64,000 nt of DNA, taken from NCBI GenBank assembly GCA_964405515.1, contig CAYOOG010000001.1:1003-65002 (forward strand), read 5' to 3'. The notes under the pieces are model-generated. The model ran no database searches. It worked only from the letters and a program-made list of their open reading frames with translations, and was not told the DNA's origin. Origin of the DNA: an uncultured Alphaproteobacteria bacterium (GTDB taxonomy: Bacteria > Pseudomonadota > Alphaproteobacteria > JAPYRI01). The position numbers and the translations under genes are program-made. Each line of letters opens with the position of its first letter. Position 1 is the first letter of the stretch. This document shows, piece by piece, positions 50,072 to 60,099 of this stretch.

Positions 50072-50989
50072 GTGGCGCGCAAACTCCGGGGCCAGCCTCT
50101 TAACGGCTGGGTGATCCTGGACAAGCCCGAAGGCATTACTTCCAGCAAGGCGGTCGGCGCCGTGCGCCGGGCGCTGGATGCCAGAAAGGCGGGCCATGGC
50201 GGCACTCTCGATCCGCTGGCGACGGGCGTTTTGCCCATTGCCCTCGGCGAGGCAACCAAGGCCCTGCCGTACGTGGTGGACCGCGATAAAGCCTACCTGT
50301 TCACGGCCTGTTGGGGTGAGGAGCGGGAGACCGACGACCGAGAGGGCAAGGTCACCCAAAGCGGCGGCCACCACCCGACTAAAAGCGATATTCTCGGTAT
50401 TTTGCCGCAATTCGTGGGTGAGATCGAACAAACGCCCCCCGCCTATTCGGCCATCAAGGTGGCGGGAGAGCGCGCCTACAAACTGGCCCGCGCCGGTGAG
50501 ACCGTGGACCTGGCGCCGCGCCGCGTGTTGATTCAGAGCTTCGATCTGTTGTCGCCGGATTCCGGAGAGGATGAGGCTTCGGGCCTTGAGCAAGCTGAAT
50601 TCGAGATCGTCTGCGGCAAGGGCACTTACGTGCGCGCCCTGGTTCGGGACCTTGCCCGGGCGCTTGGTACCTTCGGATACCTAGGAAAACTGCGCCGTAC
50701 GCGGGTAGGGCATTTCACCGAATCCCGGGCGATTTCGCTGGATATGCTGGATGAATTGGTACATAGTGCGCCGCTTTCCGAATGCCTCCTGCCGTTGGAG
50801 ACCGCGCTGGACGACATCCCGGCGCTGGCCGTGACGGCATCGGAAGCGGCCCGCCTAAAGAGCGGGCAGGTTGTCCGGACCCCCAGCACCAAACAGGGGG
50901 TCGTTTTCGTAACTGCGGACGGGCAACCGGTGGCAATGGCACGGGTCGAGGACGGTGCTGTCCATCCGGTGCGCGTTTTCAATCTATAA
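50072..50989 (+). CDS. truB: tRNA pseudouridine(55) synthase
   Basis: GWVILDKPEGITSSKAVGAVRRAL...GHGGTLDPLATGVLPIALGEATK contains the catalytic Asp motif. A PUA-like C-terminus follows. Confidence 0.9.
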   Translation: MARKLRGQPLNGWVILDKPEGITSSKAVGAVRRALDARKAGHGGTLDPLATGVLPIALGEATKALPYVVDRDKAYLFTACWGEERETDDREGKVTQSGGHHPTKSDILGILPQFVGEIEQTPPAYSAIKVAGERAYKLARAGETVDLAPRRVLIQSFDLLSPDSGEDEASGLEQAEFEIVCGKGTYVRALVRDLARALGTFGYLGKLRRTRVGHFTESRAISLDMLDELVHSAPLSECLLPLETALDDIPALAVTASEAARLKSGQVVRTPSTKQGVVFVTADGQPVAMARVEDGAVHPVRVFNL

Positions 50990-51005
50990 GGTTTAGGAGT
51001 TATTG

Positions 51006-51275
51006 ATGTCGATTACTGCCGAACGGAAGGCGGAGCTCATGAAAGAGTTCGCCACCGGGCCCGAAGATACGGGCTCACCAGAGGTGCAGGTGGCAATCCT
51101 GTCTGAGCGAATTGCCAATCTCACCGAACACTTCAAGTCGCACAAGAAAGATATTCATTCCCGTCGGGGCTTGCTGATGTTGGTCAGCCGCCGCCGTCGT
51201 CTATTGGACTACGTCCAGAATAAGGACAAGTCCCGGTATGAATCGCTGATCAAGCGGCTGGGCCTGCGCAAGTAG
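51006..51275 (+). CDS. rpsO: 30S ribosomal protein S15
   Basis: [15 protein letters not shown]...[47 protein letters not shown] is S15. Confidence 0.9.
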   Translation: MSITAERKAELMKEFATGPEDTGSPEVQVAILSERIANLTEHFKSHKKDIHSRRGLLMLVSRRRRLLDYVQNKDKSRYESLIKRLGLRK

Positions 51276-51297
51276 GCAACAGGCGTCTTCTGGCGTA

Positions 51298-51338
51298 GCA
51301 GGATCATGCTTTGGCGCAAAGCGCGCGTGATCTGCTGC
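51298..51338 (+). promoter_or_regulatory. Long imperfect stem-loop in the rpsO-pnp intergenic leader (candidate rpsO terminator / RNase III-processed pnp autoregulatory hairpin)
   Basis: The sequence gcagGATCATGCTTTG-gcg-CAAAGCgcGCGTGATCtgctgc has an inner perfect 6-bp stem (GCTTTG/CAAAGC) extended by GATCATGC/GCGTGATC and gcag/ctgc. It lies 22 nt after the rpsO stop. Confidence 0.4.
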
Positions 51339-51508
51339 ATTGGAGCCAGGTGGGCGTCCCGACTGTCATCGGCCCAGGAAATTATTTGCCAACCGCTGCG
51401 GCGGTGGCGGGCCCGAAGACAGGAAACTAGCGGCATGGGGATGGGCCCCGGTCGCGACCGGCGACAGCCAGGGGCTGATGCGCCGAAAGTAGGTAAGGAA
51501 AGAAGAGA

Positions 51509-53611
51509 ATGTTTGACGTTTTTAAGCAAGAACTCGAATGGGGCGGCCGCAAGCTGACCCTTGAATCTGGCCGCATGGCGCGCCAGGCGGACGGTGCGGT
51601 ATTGGTAACGTACGATGAAACAACAGTGCTCTGCACAGCGGTTGCCGCCAAGTCGGCACGATCGGGAATAGATTTCTTCCCACTCACCGTGAACTATCAG
51701 GAAAGAACATATGCCGCCGGCAAGATTCCGGGCGGATTTTTTAAGCGCGAAGGCCGGCCCGCCGAAAAGGAAACCCTGACCTGCCGTCTCATCGACCGGC
51801 CGATCCGGCCGCTGTTCCCGAAGACATTTCGGAACGAAACTCAGGTCATCTGCACCGTGCTAAGCCACGACATTGAAAATAACCCCGATATCGCCGCATT
51901 GATCGGCGCAAGCGCCGCCCTGACCATATCGGGCATTCCCTTCATGGGACCCATCGCCGCCGCCCGAGTTGGTTATAAGGATGGCGAGTACGTACTCAAC
52001 CCTCGGTTTGATGATCTGCCGGAGGGCGATCTCGATCTCGTGGTCGCGGGCACCGGCGACGCCGTTCTCATGGTGGAAAGCGAGGCCAAGGAATTAAGCG
52101 AAGAGGTCATGCTGGGCGCGGTGGTCTTCGGCCACAAGGAAATGCAACCGGTCATCGACGCCATAATCGCCCTGGCCGAGGATTGCGCCAAAGAGCCTTG
52201 GAACCTGCCGGAAGCGCCGGATGTCAGCGACTTGACAGCCCGTGTCCGCGATCTGGCCGAGGCGGATGTCCGCGCGGCTTACGGTGAGCAAGTCAAACAG
52301 GCCCGGGTCGAAAAACTGGGCGAAGCGCGTAAGAAGGTCATTGCGGAAGTAGGCGAGGAAGATGCCGGCGCTGCCGGTGAAATCTTCAAGAGCCTGGAAA
52401 AGGAAGTCGTCCGCGGCTCTATTCTAGAGACCGGCAACCGCATCGACGGTCGCGACACCAAGACCGTGCGCCAGATCAAGGCGGAAACCGGTGTACTTCC
52501 GCGTACCCATGGCTCGTCCCTGTTTACGCGTGGCGAGACCCAGGCGTTGGTGGTTACCACCCTTGGCACCGGCCAGGACGAGCAAATCATTGACGCCCTG
52601 GACGGCGATTACCGTGAGAATTTCCTGCTGCACTACAATTTTCCGCCCTATTCGGTGGGCGAGGCGGGCCGTGTCGGCTTTACCTCGCGCCGTGAGGTCG
52701 GCCACGGCAAGCTTGCCTGGCGGGCGCTCAAGGCGGTGATGCCGAACGCGGAGGATTTTCCCTACACCATACGCATTGTCTCCGAAATCACTGAATCCAA
52801 CGGCTCATCCTCGATGGCCACGGTTTGCGGCTCGTCTTTGTCGATGATGGACGCGGGCGTTCCCTTGTCCCGGCCCGTCGCCGGTATTGCCATGGGGCTG
52901 ATCAAGGAAGACGACAAGTTCGCCGTGCTCTCCGATATTCTTGGTGACGAGGATTATTTGGGCGACATGGACTTCAAGGTGGCGGGCACCGAGGACGGTA
53001 TTACCTCGCTGCAGATGGACATCAAGATCACCGGCATCACCGAGGAAATCATGGATCAGGCCTTGTCTCAGGCCAAGGACGGGCGCCTGCACATTCTTGG
53101 CGAAATGTCCAAGGACCTCGATCATGCGCGCGAAGAGTTGAATGAATACGCGCCAAGGATCGAAACCCTGACCATCCCCAAGGACAAGATCAAGGAAGTC
53201 ATCGGCAGCGGCGGCAAGGTTATCCGCGAGATCGTCGAAGTCACCGGCGCCAAGATCGACATTGCCGACGACGGCACCATCAAGGTGGCGGCGCCGCAGG
53301 CCTCGGTTATCAAACAGGCGATCGATTGGATCAACACTATCGTGGCGGAACCGGAAGTCGGCGTGATCTATGATGGTACCGTGGTCAAGGTTGTGGACTT
53401 CGGCGCGTTCGTGAACTTCTTCGGCGCCCGTGACGGCTTGGTGCATATCAGCGAGCTGGCGCCAAACCGGGTCAAGACTGTTGGCGACGTTGTCAATGAA
53501 GGCGACAAGGTCAAGGTCAAGGTCCTGGCGGTCGATGACCGCGGCAAAGTGCGGCTGTCCATGAAAGTGGTTAATCAGGAAACCGGGGAGGAAATAGCAC
53601 AAAGCGCCTGA
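51509..53611 (+). CDS. pnp: Polyribonucleotide nucleotidyltransferase (PNPase)
   Basis: 700 aa with two RNase PH-like domains, a KH domain and a C-terminal S1 domain ([33 protein letters not shown]). Confidence 0.9.
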   Translation: MFDVFKQELEWGGRKLTLESGRMARQADGAVLVTYDETTVLCTAVAAKSARSGIDFFPLTVNYQERTYAAGKIPGGFFKREGRPAEKETLTCRLIDRPIRPLFPKTFRNETQVICTVLSHDIENNPDIAALIGASAALTISGIPFMGPIAAARVGYKDGEYVLNPRFDDLPEGDLDLVVAGTGDAVLMVESEAKELSEEVMLGAVVFGHKEMQPVIDAIIALAEDCAKEPWNLPEAPDVSDLTARVRDLAEADVRAAYGEQVKQARVEKLGEARKKVIAEVGEEDAGAAGEIFKSLEKEVVRGSILETGNRIDGRDTKTVRQIKAETGVLPRTHGSSLFTRGETQALVVTTLGTGQDEQIIDALDGDYRENFLLHYNFPPYSVGEAGRVGFTSRREVGHGKLAWRALKAVMPNAEDFPYTIRIVSEITESNGSSSMATVCGSSLSMMDAGVPLSRPVAGIAMGLIKEDDKFAVLSDILGDEDYLGDMDFKVAGTEDGITSLQMDIKITGITEEIMDQALSQAKDGRLHILGEMSKDLDHAREELNEYAPRIETLTIPKDKIKEVIGSGGKVIREIVEVTGAKIDIADDGTIKVAAPQASVIKQAIDWINTIVAEPEVGVIYDGTVVKVVDFGAFVNFFGARDGLVHISELAPNRVKTVGDVVNEGDKVKVKVLAVDDRGKVRLSMKVVNQETGEEIAQSA

Positions 53612-53762
53612 ACCGGGCTCTGGGCGGCGGCGTTAAACTCCTGACAACATTAGGGTTTCACGCTGCCCGACAGACCTTGAACGGGACTCCCGGGGAACCA
53701 TCTAACACAGGTTCCAGTAACCCGAGGGGGGTTCCGCAGACCGGTAAGGGTTTCTGGGTGCG

Positions 53763-55169
53763 GTGAATGATATGAAGGCTCTCAACCCCGTCTTGATCTC
53801 CGGCCGCGAGATATTGCCCCTTATTGAGGGGGGCAAGGGCGTGAGCATTAGCAATTGGAGCTCTTCGGGGGCCTGGGCGGCCTGCGGCGGTGTCGGCACG
53901 GTTTCCTGCGTTAATGCCGACCATTACGGTGAGGATGGCGAGGCCATTCCGCAGATCTACAACGGCAAGACCCGCCGCGAACGGCACGAGGAGCTGGTGA
54001 CCTACGCAATCGAGGGCGGCGTGGTTCAGGTTCAACGGGCGCACGAAGTGGCCTCCGGCGAAGGCCGTCTGCACATGAACATTCTTTGGGAAATGGGCGG
54101 CGCCGAACGCGTGCTCGAAGGCGTGCTCGAACGGGTCGGCGGTCTTGTCGATGGCGTGACCTGCGGCGCCGGTATGCCTTACCGCTTGGCGGAAGTCGCC
54201 GCCAAGTTCGGAGTCTACATCTATCCCATTATCTCCTCGGCCCGCGCCTTCGGCGCTTTGTGGCGGCGATCCTATAACAAGTATCCCGAATGGCTCGGTG
54301 GCGTGGTTTACGAGGACCCGTGGCTTGCCGGTGGGCACAACGGGTTGTCGAACAAGGAAGATCCCTTGAAGCCCGAGGACCCCTATCCACGGGTGGTCGA
54401 GTTGCGCAAGCTCATGCGGGAATTGGGCCTTGGCCACGTGCCCATCGTCATGGCCGGCGGCATCTGGTTTCTGCGCGAATGGCAGGATTGGATCGAAAAT
54501 CCGGATATGGGCCCCATAGTCTTTCAGTTCGGCACCCGGGCTCTGTTGACCCAGGAAAGCCCCATTTCCGATGAATGGAAGCGCCGCCTCGGCACGCTCG
54601 CCAAGGGGGACATCTCGCTGCACCGCTTCAGTCCCACGGGGTTTTACGCCTCAGCCGTGAATAACAGCTTCCTGCACGAGTTGGAGGAACGTTCGGCGCG
54701 GCAGATAGGATTTAGTAGCGAGGCCGATGGCGGCAAATCCGTGGCCTTTAAGTTCGGTCCGCGCAAGCGCGAGGTTTATGTCACGCCGGCCGACGAGGCC
54801 CGGGCCAAGGAATGGTTGGCCGCCGGATTTACGCAGATGCTGCGTACGCCAGGGGAAACCTTGATTTTCGTTACTCCCGAAAAGGCCAACGAAATCCATA
54901 AGGATCAGACCGATTGCATGGGCTGCCTTAGCCAATGTCTGTTTTCCAATTGGATGGCGGGCGAACCGGGAAATACCGGCAAAAAAGCGGACCCCAGAAG
55001 TTTCTGCATCCAGAAGACCCTGCAGGACGTGGCCCACGAGGGTTCGGTCGAACATAATCTTGTGTTCGCCGGGCACAACGCCTTCCGCTTTGCCGAAGAC
55101 CCCTTCTTTTCCAACGGCTTCGTCCCCACGGTGCGGCAACTGGTCGAACGCATGCTCACGGGCGACTGA
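53763..55169 (+). CDS. NMO-family (nitronate monooxygenase / FabK-like) FMN-dependent oxidoreductase, long form
   Basis: ILPLIEGGKGVSISNWSSSGAWAACGGVGTVS...PIVMAGGIWF is an NMO/2-nitropropane dioxygenase-like TIM barrel. It is 468 aa against a typical 320-370. Confidence 0.65.
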   Translation: MNDMKALNPVLISGREILPLIEGGKGVSISNWSSSGAWAACGGVGTVSCVNADHYGEDGEAIPQIYNGKTRRERHEELVTYAIEGGVVQVQRAHEVASGEGRLHMNILWEMGGAERVLEGVLERVGGLVDGVTCGAGMPYRLAEVAAKFGVYIYPIISSARAFGALWRRSYNKYPEWLGGVVYEDPWLAGGHNGLSNKEDPLKPEDPYPRVVELRKLMRELGLGHVPIVMAGGIWFLREWQDWIENPDMGPIVFQFGTRALLTQESPISDEWKRRLGTLAKGDISLHRFSPTGFYASAVNNSFLHELEERSARQIGFSSEADGGKSVAFKFGPRKREVYVTPADEARAKEWLAAGFTQMLRTPGETLIFVTPEKANEIHKDQTDCMGCLSQCLFSNWMAGEPGNTGKKADPRSFCIQKTLQDVAHEGSVEHNLVFAGHNAFRFAEDPFFSNGFVPTVRQLVERMLTGD

Positions 55170-55248
55170 AATCTTGACTTTTCTCCACTGCGGGCCGACC
55201 CTTATATGGAATGGTTCTTGACCATCGCCTAAACGGAACGCGCTACGT

Positions 55249-55689
55249 ATGAAAAAAGAGCCTAGCGATAAGTTTGGTCGGCCTTTTGCTGGTGCGTTGG
55301 AACAGTTGCGCCGCACGGGCATGCGGCCCACGCGCCAGCGCATGGCCTTGGCCAAGTTGCTCTTGGACGGCGGCAAACGGCACATTACGGCCGAATCCCT
55401 TCACGCGGAAGCGGCGGCCTCGGGCATCCGCGTGTCCCTGGCGACGGTCTACAACACGCTCCATCAATTCACCGGCGTCGGCCTTTTGCGCGAAGTCGTG
55501 GTGGATGCCGGAATCACCTACTTCGATACCCGGACCAACGACCATCATCATACTTATTGTCAGGACGACGGTACATTGCGGGACGTGGACGATGGCGATT
55601 TCAAGATTTCGTCCCTGCCAAAACCACCCAAAGGCACCGAAATCGAGCGCGTGGACGTGGTTATTCGCGTCAAGTCCAAGGGCCAATAA
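55249..55689 (+). CDS. irr: Fur-family regulator, Irr-like (iron response regulator, HHH motif)
   Basis: MRPTRQRMALAKLLLDGGKRHITAESLHAEAAASGIRVSLATVYNTLHQFTGVGLLREVVVDAGITYFDTRTNDHHHTYC. The internal HHH triad is characteristic of Irr. An Irr box lies just downstream. Confidence 0.7.
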   Translation: MKKEPSDKFGRPFAGALEQLRRTGMRPTRQRMALAKLLLDGGKRHITAESLHAEAAASGIRVSLATVYNTLHQFTGVGLLREVVVDAGITYFDTRTNDHHHTYCQDDGTLRDVDDGDFKISSLPKPPKGTEIERVDVVIRVKSKGQ

Positions 55690-55718
55690 TTGCTTAAGAA
55701 CAGCGTGTAATGCTTGGT

Positions 55719-55735
55719 TTTAGAATTACTCTAAA
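55719..55735. promoter_or_regulatory. Irr box / iron control element (ICE), TTTAGAA-tta-CTCTAAA
   Basis: It matches 13 of 14 positions of the alphaproteobacterial ICE consensus TTTAGAA-N3-TTCTAAA. It is immediately followed by TTGACA (55738-55743), then 17 nt, then CATATT. It lies about 160 nt upstream of the rubrerythrin ATG. Confidence 0.6.
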
Positions 55736-55894
55736 TGATTGACAGGCGGGCGGCGAGGGCCCATATTAACGCCAACCGCCGCCAATGCGGATAAGCGGAT
55801 GTCGTTGCGGGCGCAAATCGTTTCGCTTCGGCGTATTACTTGAACGGGCTCGGCCCAACCGAGCCAAATCAAACCATGGATAGGAGATCCCAAG

Positions 55895-56311
55895 ATGTCA
55901 CTTGCCGGGAGCAAGACCGAAGAGAATCTAAAAGCGGCGTTTGCCGGGGAAAGCCAAGCCAACAGGCGCTATCTCTATTTCGCTCAAAAGGCCGACGTGG
56001 AAGGCTATAACGATGTTTCGACGGTATTCCGCTCTACCGCGGAAGGTGAGACCGGCCACGCCCACGGCCACCTGGAATATTTGGAAGAAACCGGGGATCC
56101 GGCCACCGGCCTGCCGATCGGCAGCACCGCCGACAACCTCAAGGCCTCCGTTGCTGGTGAGACTCACGAGTATACGGATATGTATCCGGGTATGGCCAAG
56201 ACCGCCCGCGAGGAAGGCCACGACGAAATCGCCGATTGGTTTGAGACTTTGGCCAAGGCGGAGAAGTCCCACGCCGGACGTTTCCAAAAGGCGCTCGACA
56301 ACCTCGACTAA
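55895..56311 (+). CDS. rbr: Rubrerythrin-family diiron protein (erythrin-like, no rubredoxin domain)
   Basis: 138 aa. [26 protein letters not shown]...[12 protein letters not shown]...[50 protein letters not shown] has two ExxH diiron motifs. Confidence 0.85.
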   Translation: MSLAGSKTEENLKAAFAGESQANRRYLYFAQKADVEGYNDVSTVFRSTAEGETGHAHGHLEYLEETGDPATGLPIGSTADNLKASVAGETHEYTDMYPGMAKTAREEGHDEIADWFETLAKAEKSHAGRFQKALDNLD

Positions 56312-56398
56312 ATTGTTGAAAGATTTTTTGGGCCCGGCGGCTTTGGTGGCGCCGGGTCCAGTTGTTCCAACACCTCTACGAAAAGGTAACGGGCCAAC

Positions 56399-57754
56399 AT
56401 GAGTGAAGAGGGTTACAGGGAAGGCAGTCTGGGGGCGCCGACCCGCCACCCCATTGATTGGCGTAGCCCGGCCTTTTATGACCAGGCGGAAATCGACGCC
56501 GAACTGCGCCGCGTTTTCGACATATGTCACGGCTGCCGGCGCTGCTTCAATCTCTGCGATTCCTTCCCGCGTCTTTTTGATCTTGTTGATGATTCGGAGA
56601 CCGGCGAACTCGATTGTGTGGACAGCAGGAATTTTGCATCAGTTCTGGCCGCCTGCACGCTTTGCGACCTGTGCTTCATGACCAAGTGCCCCTACGTGCC
56701 GCCCCACGAATTCGACCTGGATTTCCCCCACTTAGTGTTGCGCGCCCGCGCCGCCGCCCACCGGCAGGGTGAGACGCCCTTTGTCGTCAAGCAACTGGCG
56801 AGAACCGACCGCAATGGGGCATGGGCCGCGCCCATCGCTTGGGCCGTCAATTGGGCGGGGCGTGTTTCCAACTGGCTGACGCGGCCCTTGCTGGCCTTGG
56901 TTGCCGGCATTCACCGCGCCGCCGCCCTGCCGCGTTTCCATCGCCGCAGTTTGACGGTGCGTGCCCCAGGCGGCGAACCACCGGTCAACACCAAAGCCCC
57001 GGCCCACGACCGTAAGGCGGTGATCTATGCCACCTGCTTCGCCAATTTCAACGACCCGGCCATCGGCGCGGCGGCACAGCGCGTTTTGGCCGCCAATGGC
57101 GTCGAGACGGTGATCGAGCATTCGGCCTGTTGCGGCATGCCGCTCTTGGAACACGGCGACATCAAGGCCGTGGCGGGCCGCGCCGAGCAGGTGTCGGCGG
57201 CATTCCTGCCCTGGATCGAAAAGGGCTACGATATTGTGGCTCTGGTGCCGTCCTGCGCGCTGATGATGAAGTTCGAGTGGCCGCTGATCCTGCCCGGCAG
57301 CGAGAGCGTGCGCCGCCTTGCCGAGGCTACCTTCGATATCACCGAATACGTCGTGGACATCGCCAAGAAGGAAGGCCTGGGCACCCGGCCCGCGCCCCTC
57401 GACGGCGGTGTAACCGTGCATATTCCCTGCCATGCCCGGGCCCAGAACATGGGCGCCAAGGCGGCGGAGATGCTGCGGCTCATTCCCGATACTCCCATTG
57501 AGGTGATTGAGCGCTGCTCCGGCCACGGCGGCTCCTGGGGCATGATGAAGGATAATTTCGAAGTTGCGCTCAAGGTGGCAAGGCCCGTCGCAAAAACCGC
57601 CGCCAAGCAGGCCAACCCCTACCTGGCGTCCGAATGTCCGCTGGCCGGGCCGCACATTCTGCAGGCCATGGAGCGCCTGGAGGGTGAGATCCCCGACCGC
57701 GCCTGGCATCCCATTCAGTTGTTCGACAAGGCCACGGGTGGAGGCACACGATGA
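56399..57754 (+). CDS. (Fe-S)-binding oxidoreductase, HdrD/GlpC/GlcF-like: two 4Fe-4S ferredoxin motifs plus two cysteine-rich CCG domains
   Basis: The ferredoxin motifs are CHGCRRCFNLC and CTLCDLCFMTKCP. The CCG-domain cysteines are ...HSACCGMP... and ...HIPCHA...CSGHGGSWG. It is 451 aa and overlaps the downstream DUF3501 gene by 4 nt. Confidence 0.8.
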   Translation: MSEEGYREGSLGAPTRHPIDWRSPAFYDQAEIDAELRRVFDICHGCRRCFNLCDSFPRLFDLVDDSETGELDCVDSRNFASVLAACTLCDLCFMTKCPYVPPHEFDLDFPHLVLRARAAAHRQGETPFVVKQLARTDRNGAWAAPIAWAVNWAGRVSNWLTRPLLALVAGIHRAAALPRFHRRSLTVRAPGGEPPVNTKAPAHDRKAVIYATCFANFNDPAIGAAAQRVLAANGVETVIEHSACCGMPLLEHGDIKAVAGRAEQVSAAFLPWIEKGYDIVALVPSCALMMKFEWPLILPGSESVRRLAEATFDITEYVVDIAKKEGLGTRPAPLDGGVTVHIPCHARAQNMGAKAAEMLRLIPDTPIEVIERCSGHGGSWGMMKDNFEVALKVARPVAKTAAKQANPYLASECPLAGPHILQAMERLEGEIPDRAWHPIQLFDKATGGGTR

Positions 57755-58386
57755 GCAAGGCGGAACGGGAAATCACGCCCGCCGATATTTTGGCCCCGGC
57801 GGACTACGAAACCCGGCGCAAGGAATTGAAGGCACGGCTCCTGGAGACGAAACGTTTCCGCCGTGTCGCGGTCGGCCCGGACGTCACCTTCTACTTCGAG
57901 AATTACGACACCATGTGGATGCAGGTTCAGGAAATGCTGCGCATTGAAAAAGGCGGAGACGAGCAGTTGGCCGATGAGCTAGCGGCCTATAACCCCTTGA
58001 TTCCAAAGGGCCGTGAACTAGTGGCCACGATGATGTTTGAAATTGACGATGAGGGCCGCCGGGCCAGGGTCCTGGGCGCCTTGGGTGGTGTCGAGGACAC
58101 CGTGACCCTGACCGTCGATGGCGCGGCGGTGCGGGCGCAACCGGAGACCGATGTCGAGCGCACGACGGCCGACGGCAAGACCTCTTCCATACACTTCCTG
58201 CGCTTTGCCTTGTCGGATGATCAGGTGGCCCAATTTCGCAAGTCCGACGCTCAGGTGGTGCTGGGTATCGGACACGACGACTACGCGCACATGGCGGTGC
58301 TGCCCCCAGCCGTGCGTGAGGCTTTGGCGGAAGATTTTATGGATAAGCCTCGCCCGGCTGCACGCCCCACAGGCCGGAGCGCCTGA
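57751..58386 (+). CDS. DUF3501-family protein (uncharacterised)
   Basis: 211 aa. ITPADILAPADYETRRKELKARLLETKRFRRVAVGPDVTFYFENYDTMWMQVQEMLRIEKGG matches my recollection of the DUF3501 N-terminal pattern. It is translationally coupled (ATGA) to the CCG Fe-S gene. Confidence 0.6.
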   Translation: MSKAEREITPADILAPADYETRRKELKARLLETKRFRRVAVGPDVTFYFENYDTMWMQVQEMLRIEKGGDEQLADELAAYNPLIPKGRELVATMMFEIDDEGRRARVLGALGGVEDTVTLTVDGAAVRAQPETDVERTTADGKTSSIHFLRFALSDDQVAQFRKSDAQVVLGIGHDDYAHMAVLPPAVREALAEDFMDKPRPAARPTGRSA

Positions 58387-58897
58387 TCCAGCCCTCGTGT
58401 CCGGCGATATCCACCTGGCACCATTCTTTGCGGCAGGCCAATAGGCCCGCGATCACGCCGGGCTCGGCGAGCGCCAGTCGCGACGCGGCCAGGTTAGGCT
58501 CCTGGTACAGGGACTGCACGTCGTCGCCGACCACCAGGGCGGTCCGATCGCCGGACAACAAACCCCGGTGAACCCAGCCGACGGCGCCGTCGGCATCGCG
58601 CACCTTGCGCCACAGTTCGTATTCATCAATGACCTGAAGCGGCATGCCGGCCCGAACGATGACCCAGTCGATGGGATAACGCACACCGGGGCCGGTGCGG
58701 ATGTTCGCCTCCTTGGCGGTGACCGAGACGAAACGTGGCAGCGGCAGCCCGGTCTTGACCACGCGCTGCTCCTGGGCAGCCGGCGGCGGAACGATTTCCG
58801 CCGAAAAGGCAAAAACCAGAGCGATCAATGGGGCCACGAATCTCAAAAGGATATTCCCAGATGATGTCTTGAAAGCCCCGGTTTCCGGGACCTGCAA
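58337..58897 (-). CDS. Secreted protein with SH3b-like domain(s)
   Basis: It has a signal peptide (LLRFVAPLIALVFAFSA). EANIRTGPGVRYPIDWVIVRAGMPLQVIDEYELWRKVRDADGAVGWVHRGLL is a bacterial SH3-like segment. Its 3' end overlaps the DUF3501 3' end by about 50 nt, in convergent orientation. Confidence 0.55.
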   Translation of the reverse strand: MQVPETGAFKTSSGNILLRFVAPLIALVFAFSAEIVPPPAAQEQRVVKTGLPLPRFVSVTAKEANIRTGPGVRYPIDWVIVRAGMPLQVIDEYELWRKVRDADGAVGWVHRGLLSGDRTALVVGDDVQSLYQEPNLAASRLALAEPGVIAGLLACRKEWCQVDIAGHEGWIRRSGLWGVQPGEAYP

Positions 58898-59075
58898 CAG
58901 TTATGGCGGGCGGGAGCCGAGAGGTCAAGCCGGAGCCCGGAAAGACTCTGGCAATCGGATAATGCTCTTATTGTATTGTTGCACTCCATCCGGTAAACAG
59001 GGCCGGAAACCGCCCCCATGACCCGAAAAAGGGCACAACCCGGTGGGCCTATGGCCTTACCCGTCAAGACCCGGC

Positions 59076-60062
59076 ATGACCCAGAAAAAACCCCTTGTCA
59101 TCGTCACCCGCAAGCTCCCGGAGCCCATCGAGACACGGATGATGGAGCTCTTCGACGCCCGGCTCAACGTTGACGACGAGCCCATGAGCAAGGCGGAGCT
59201 GGTGGAAGCGGTCGGCCTGGCCGATGTTCTGGTGCCCACGGTCACGGACCGCATCGACGCCGGCATTCTCGCCCAGGCCAATCCGAATCTGCGGCTGATC
59301 GCGAACTTTGGCGCCGGCGTGGATCATATTGATCTCAAGAGCGCGCGGCAGCGGGGCATTACGGTTACCAGCACGCCTGACGTGTTGACCGAGGACACCG
59401 CCGACATGGCGCTGGCGCTTATTCTGGCGGTCTCGCGCCGCCTCGTGGAAGGCGAACGCATTGTCCGCCACGGCGAATGGAAAGGCTGGTCGCCGACCTG
59501 GATGCTGGGCCACCGTATTGGCGGCAAGCGGCTCGGCATCATCGGCATGGGCCGGATTGGCCAGGCCGTGGCGCGCCGCGCCAAGGCCTTCGGTCTTTCG
59601 ATCCACTACCACAACCGCACGCGCGTGCATGAAGACATTGAGGCGGAACTCGAGTGCACCTATTGGGAGAGCCTCGACCAGATGTTGGCGCGCATGGATT
59701 TCGTTTCCGTCAACTGTCCCCATACCCCCGCGACCTATCACCTATTGTCGGCGCGTCGGCTGAAGCTGTTGCAGCCCCACGCCTACGTGGTGAATTCCTC
59801 GCGCGGGGAGGTGATCGACGAAAATGCGCTGGCCCGCATGCTGGAGGCCGGTGATCTGGCTGGCGCCGGATTGGACGTGTACGAACACGAGCCCGCCGTG
59901 AATCCCAAGCTGGTGGAGATGGATAACGTGGTTCTGTTGCCACATATGAGTTCATCCACCATCGAAGGCCGCGTTGACATGGGCGAGAAAGTGCTGATCA
60001 ACATCAAGACCTTCGTCGACGGCCACCAGCCGCCGGATCGCGTGCTCGAAGGCGCACTTTAG
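59076..60062 (+). CDS. ghrA: D-isomer-specific 2-hydroxyacid dehydrogenase (glyoxylate/hydroxypyruvate reductase GhrA/GyaR-like)
   Basis: From the internal Met MTQKKPLVIVTRKLP. The NAD-binding motif is GIIGMGRIGQAVARRA, and the catalytic R, E and H residues are in context. Confidence 0.85.
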   Translation: MTQKKPLVIVTRKLPEPIETRMMELFDARLNVDDEPMSKAELVEAVGLADVLVPTVTDRIDAGILAQANPNLRLIANFGAGVDHIDLKSARQRGITVTSTPDVLTEDTADMALALILAVSRRLVEGERIVRHGEWKGWSPTWMLGHRIGGKRLGIIGMGRIGQAVARRAKAFGLSIHYHNRTRVHEDIEAELECTYWESLDQMLARMDFVSVNCPHTPATYHLLSARRLKLLQPHAYVVNSSRGEVIDENALARMLEAGDLAGAGLDVYEHEPAVNPKLVEMDNVVLLPHMSSSTIEGRVDMGEKVLINIKTFVDGHQPPDRVLEGAL

Positions 60063-60099
60063 GGCCGGAAAGACTCTAGAGCTCGCTACAGCCGATAAA

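Noticed and set aside
55690-55894. An alternative interpretation of the Fur-like regulator as PerR, which classically controls rubrerythrin, with a Per box.
   Set aside because: The operator found matches the Irr ICE consensus rather than a Per box (TTATAAT-N-ATTATAA), and the protein has the Irr-type HHH triad. PerR cannot be excluded without binding data, so the feature is called Irr-like.
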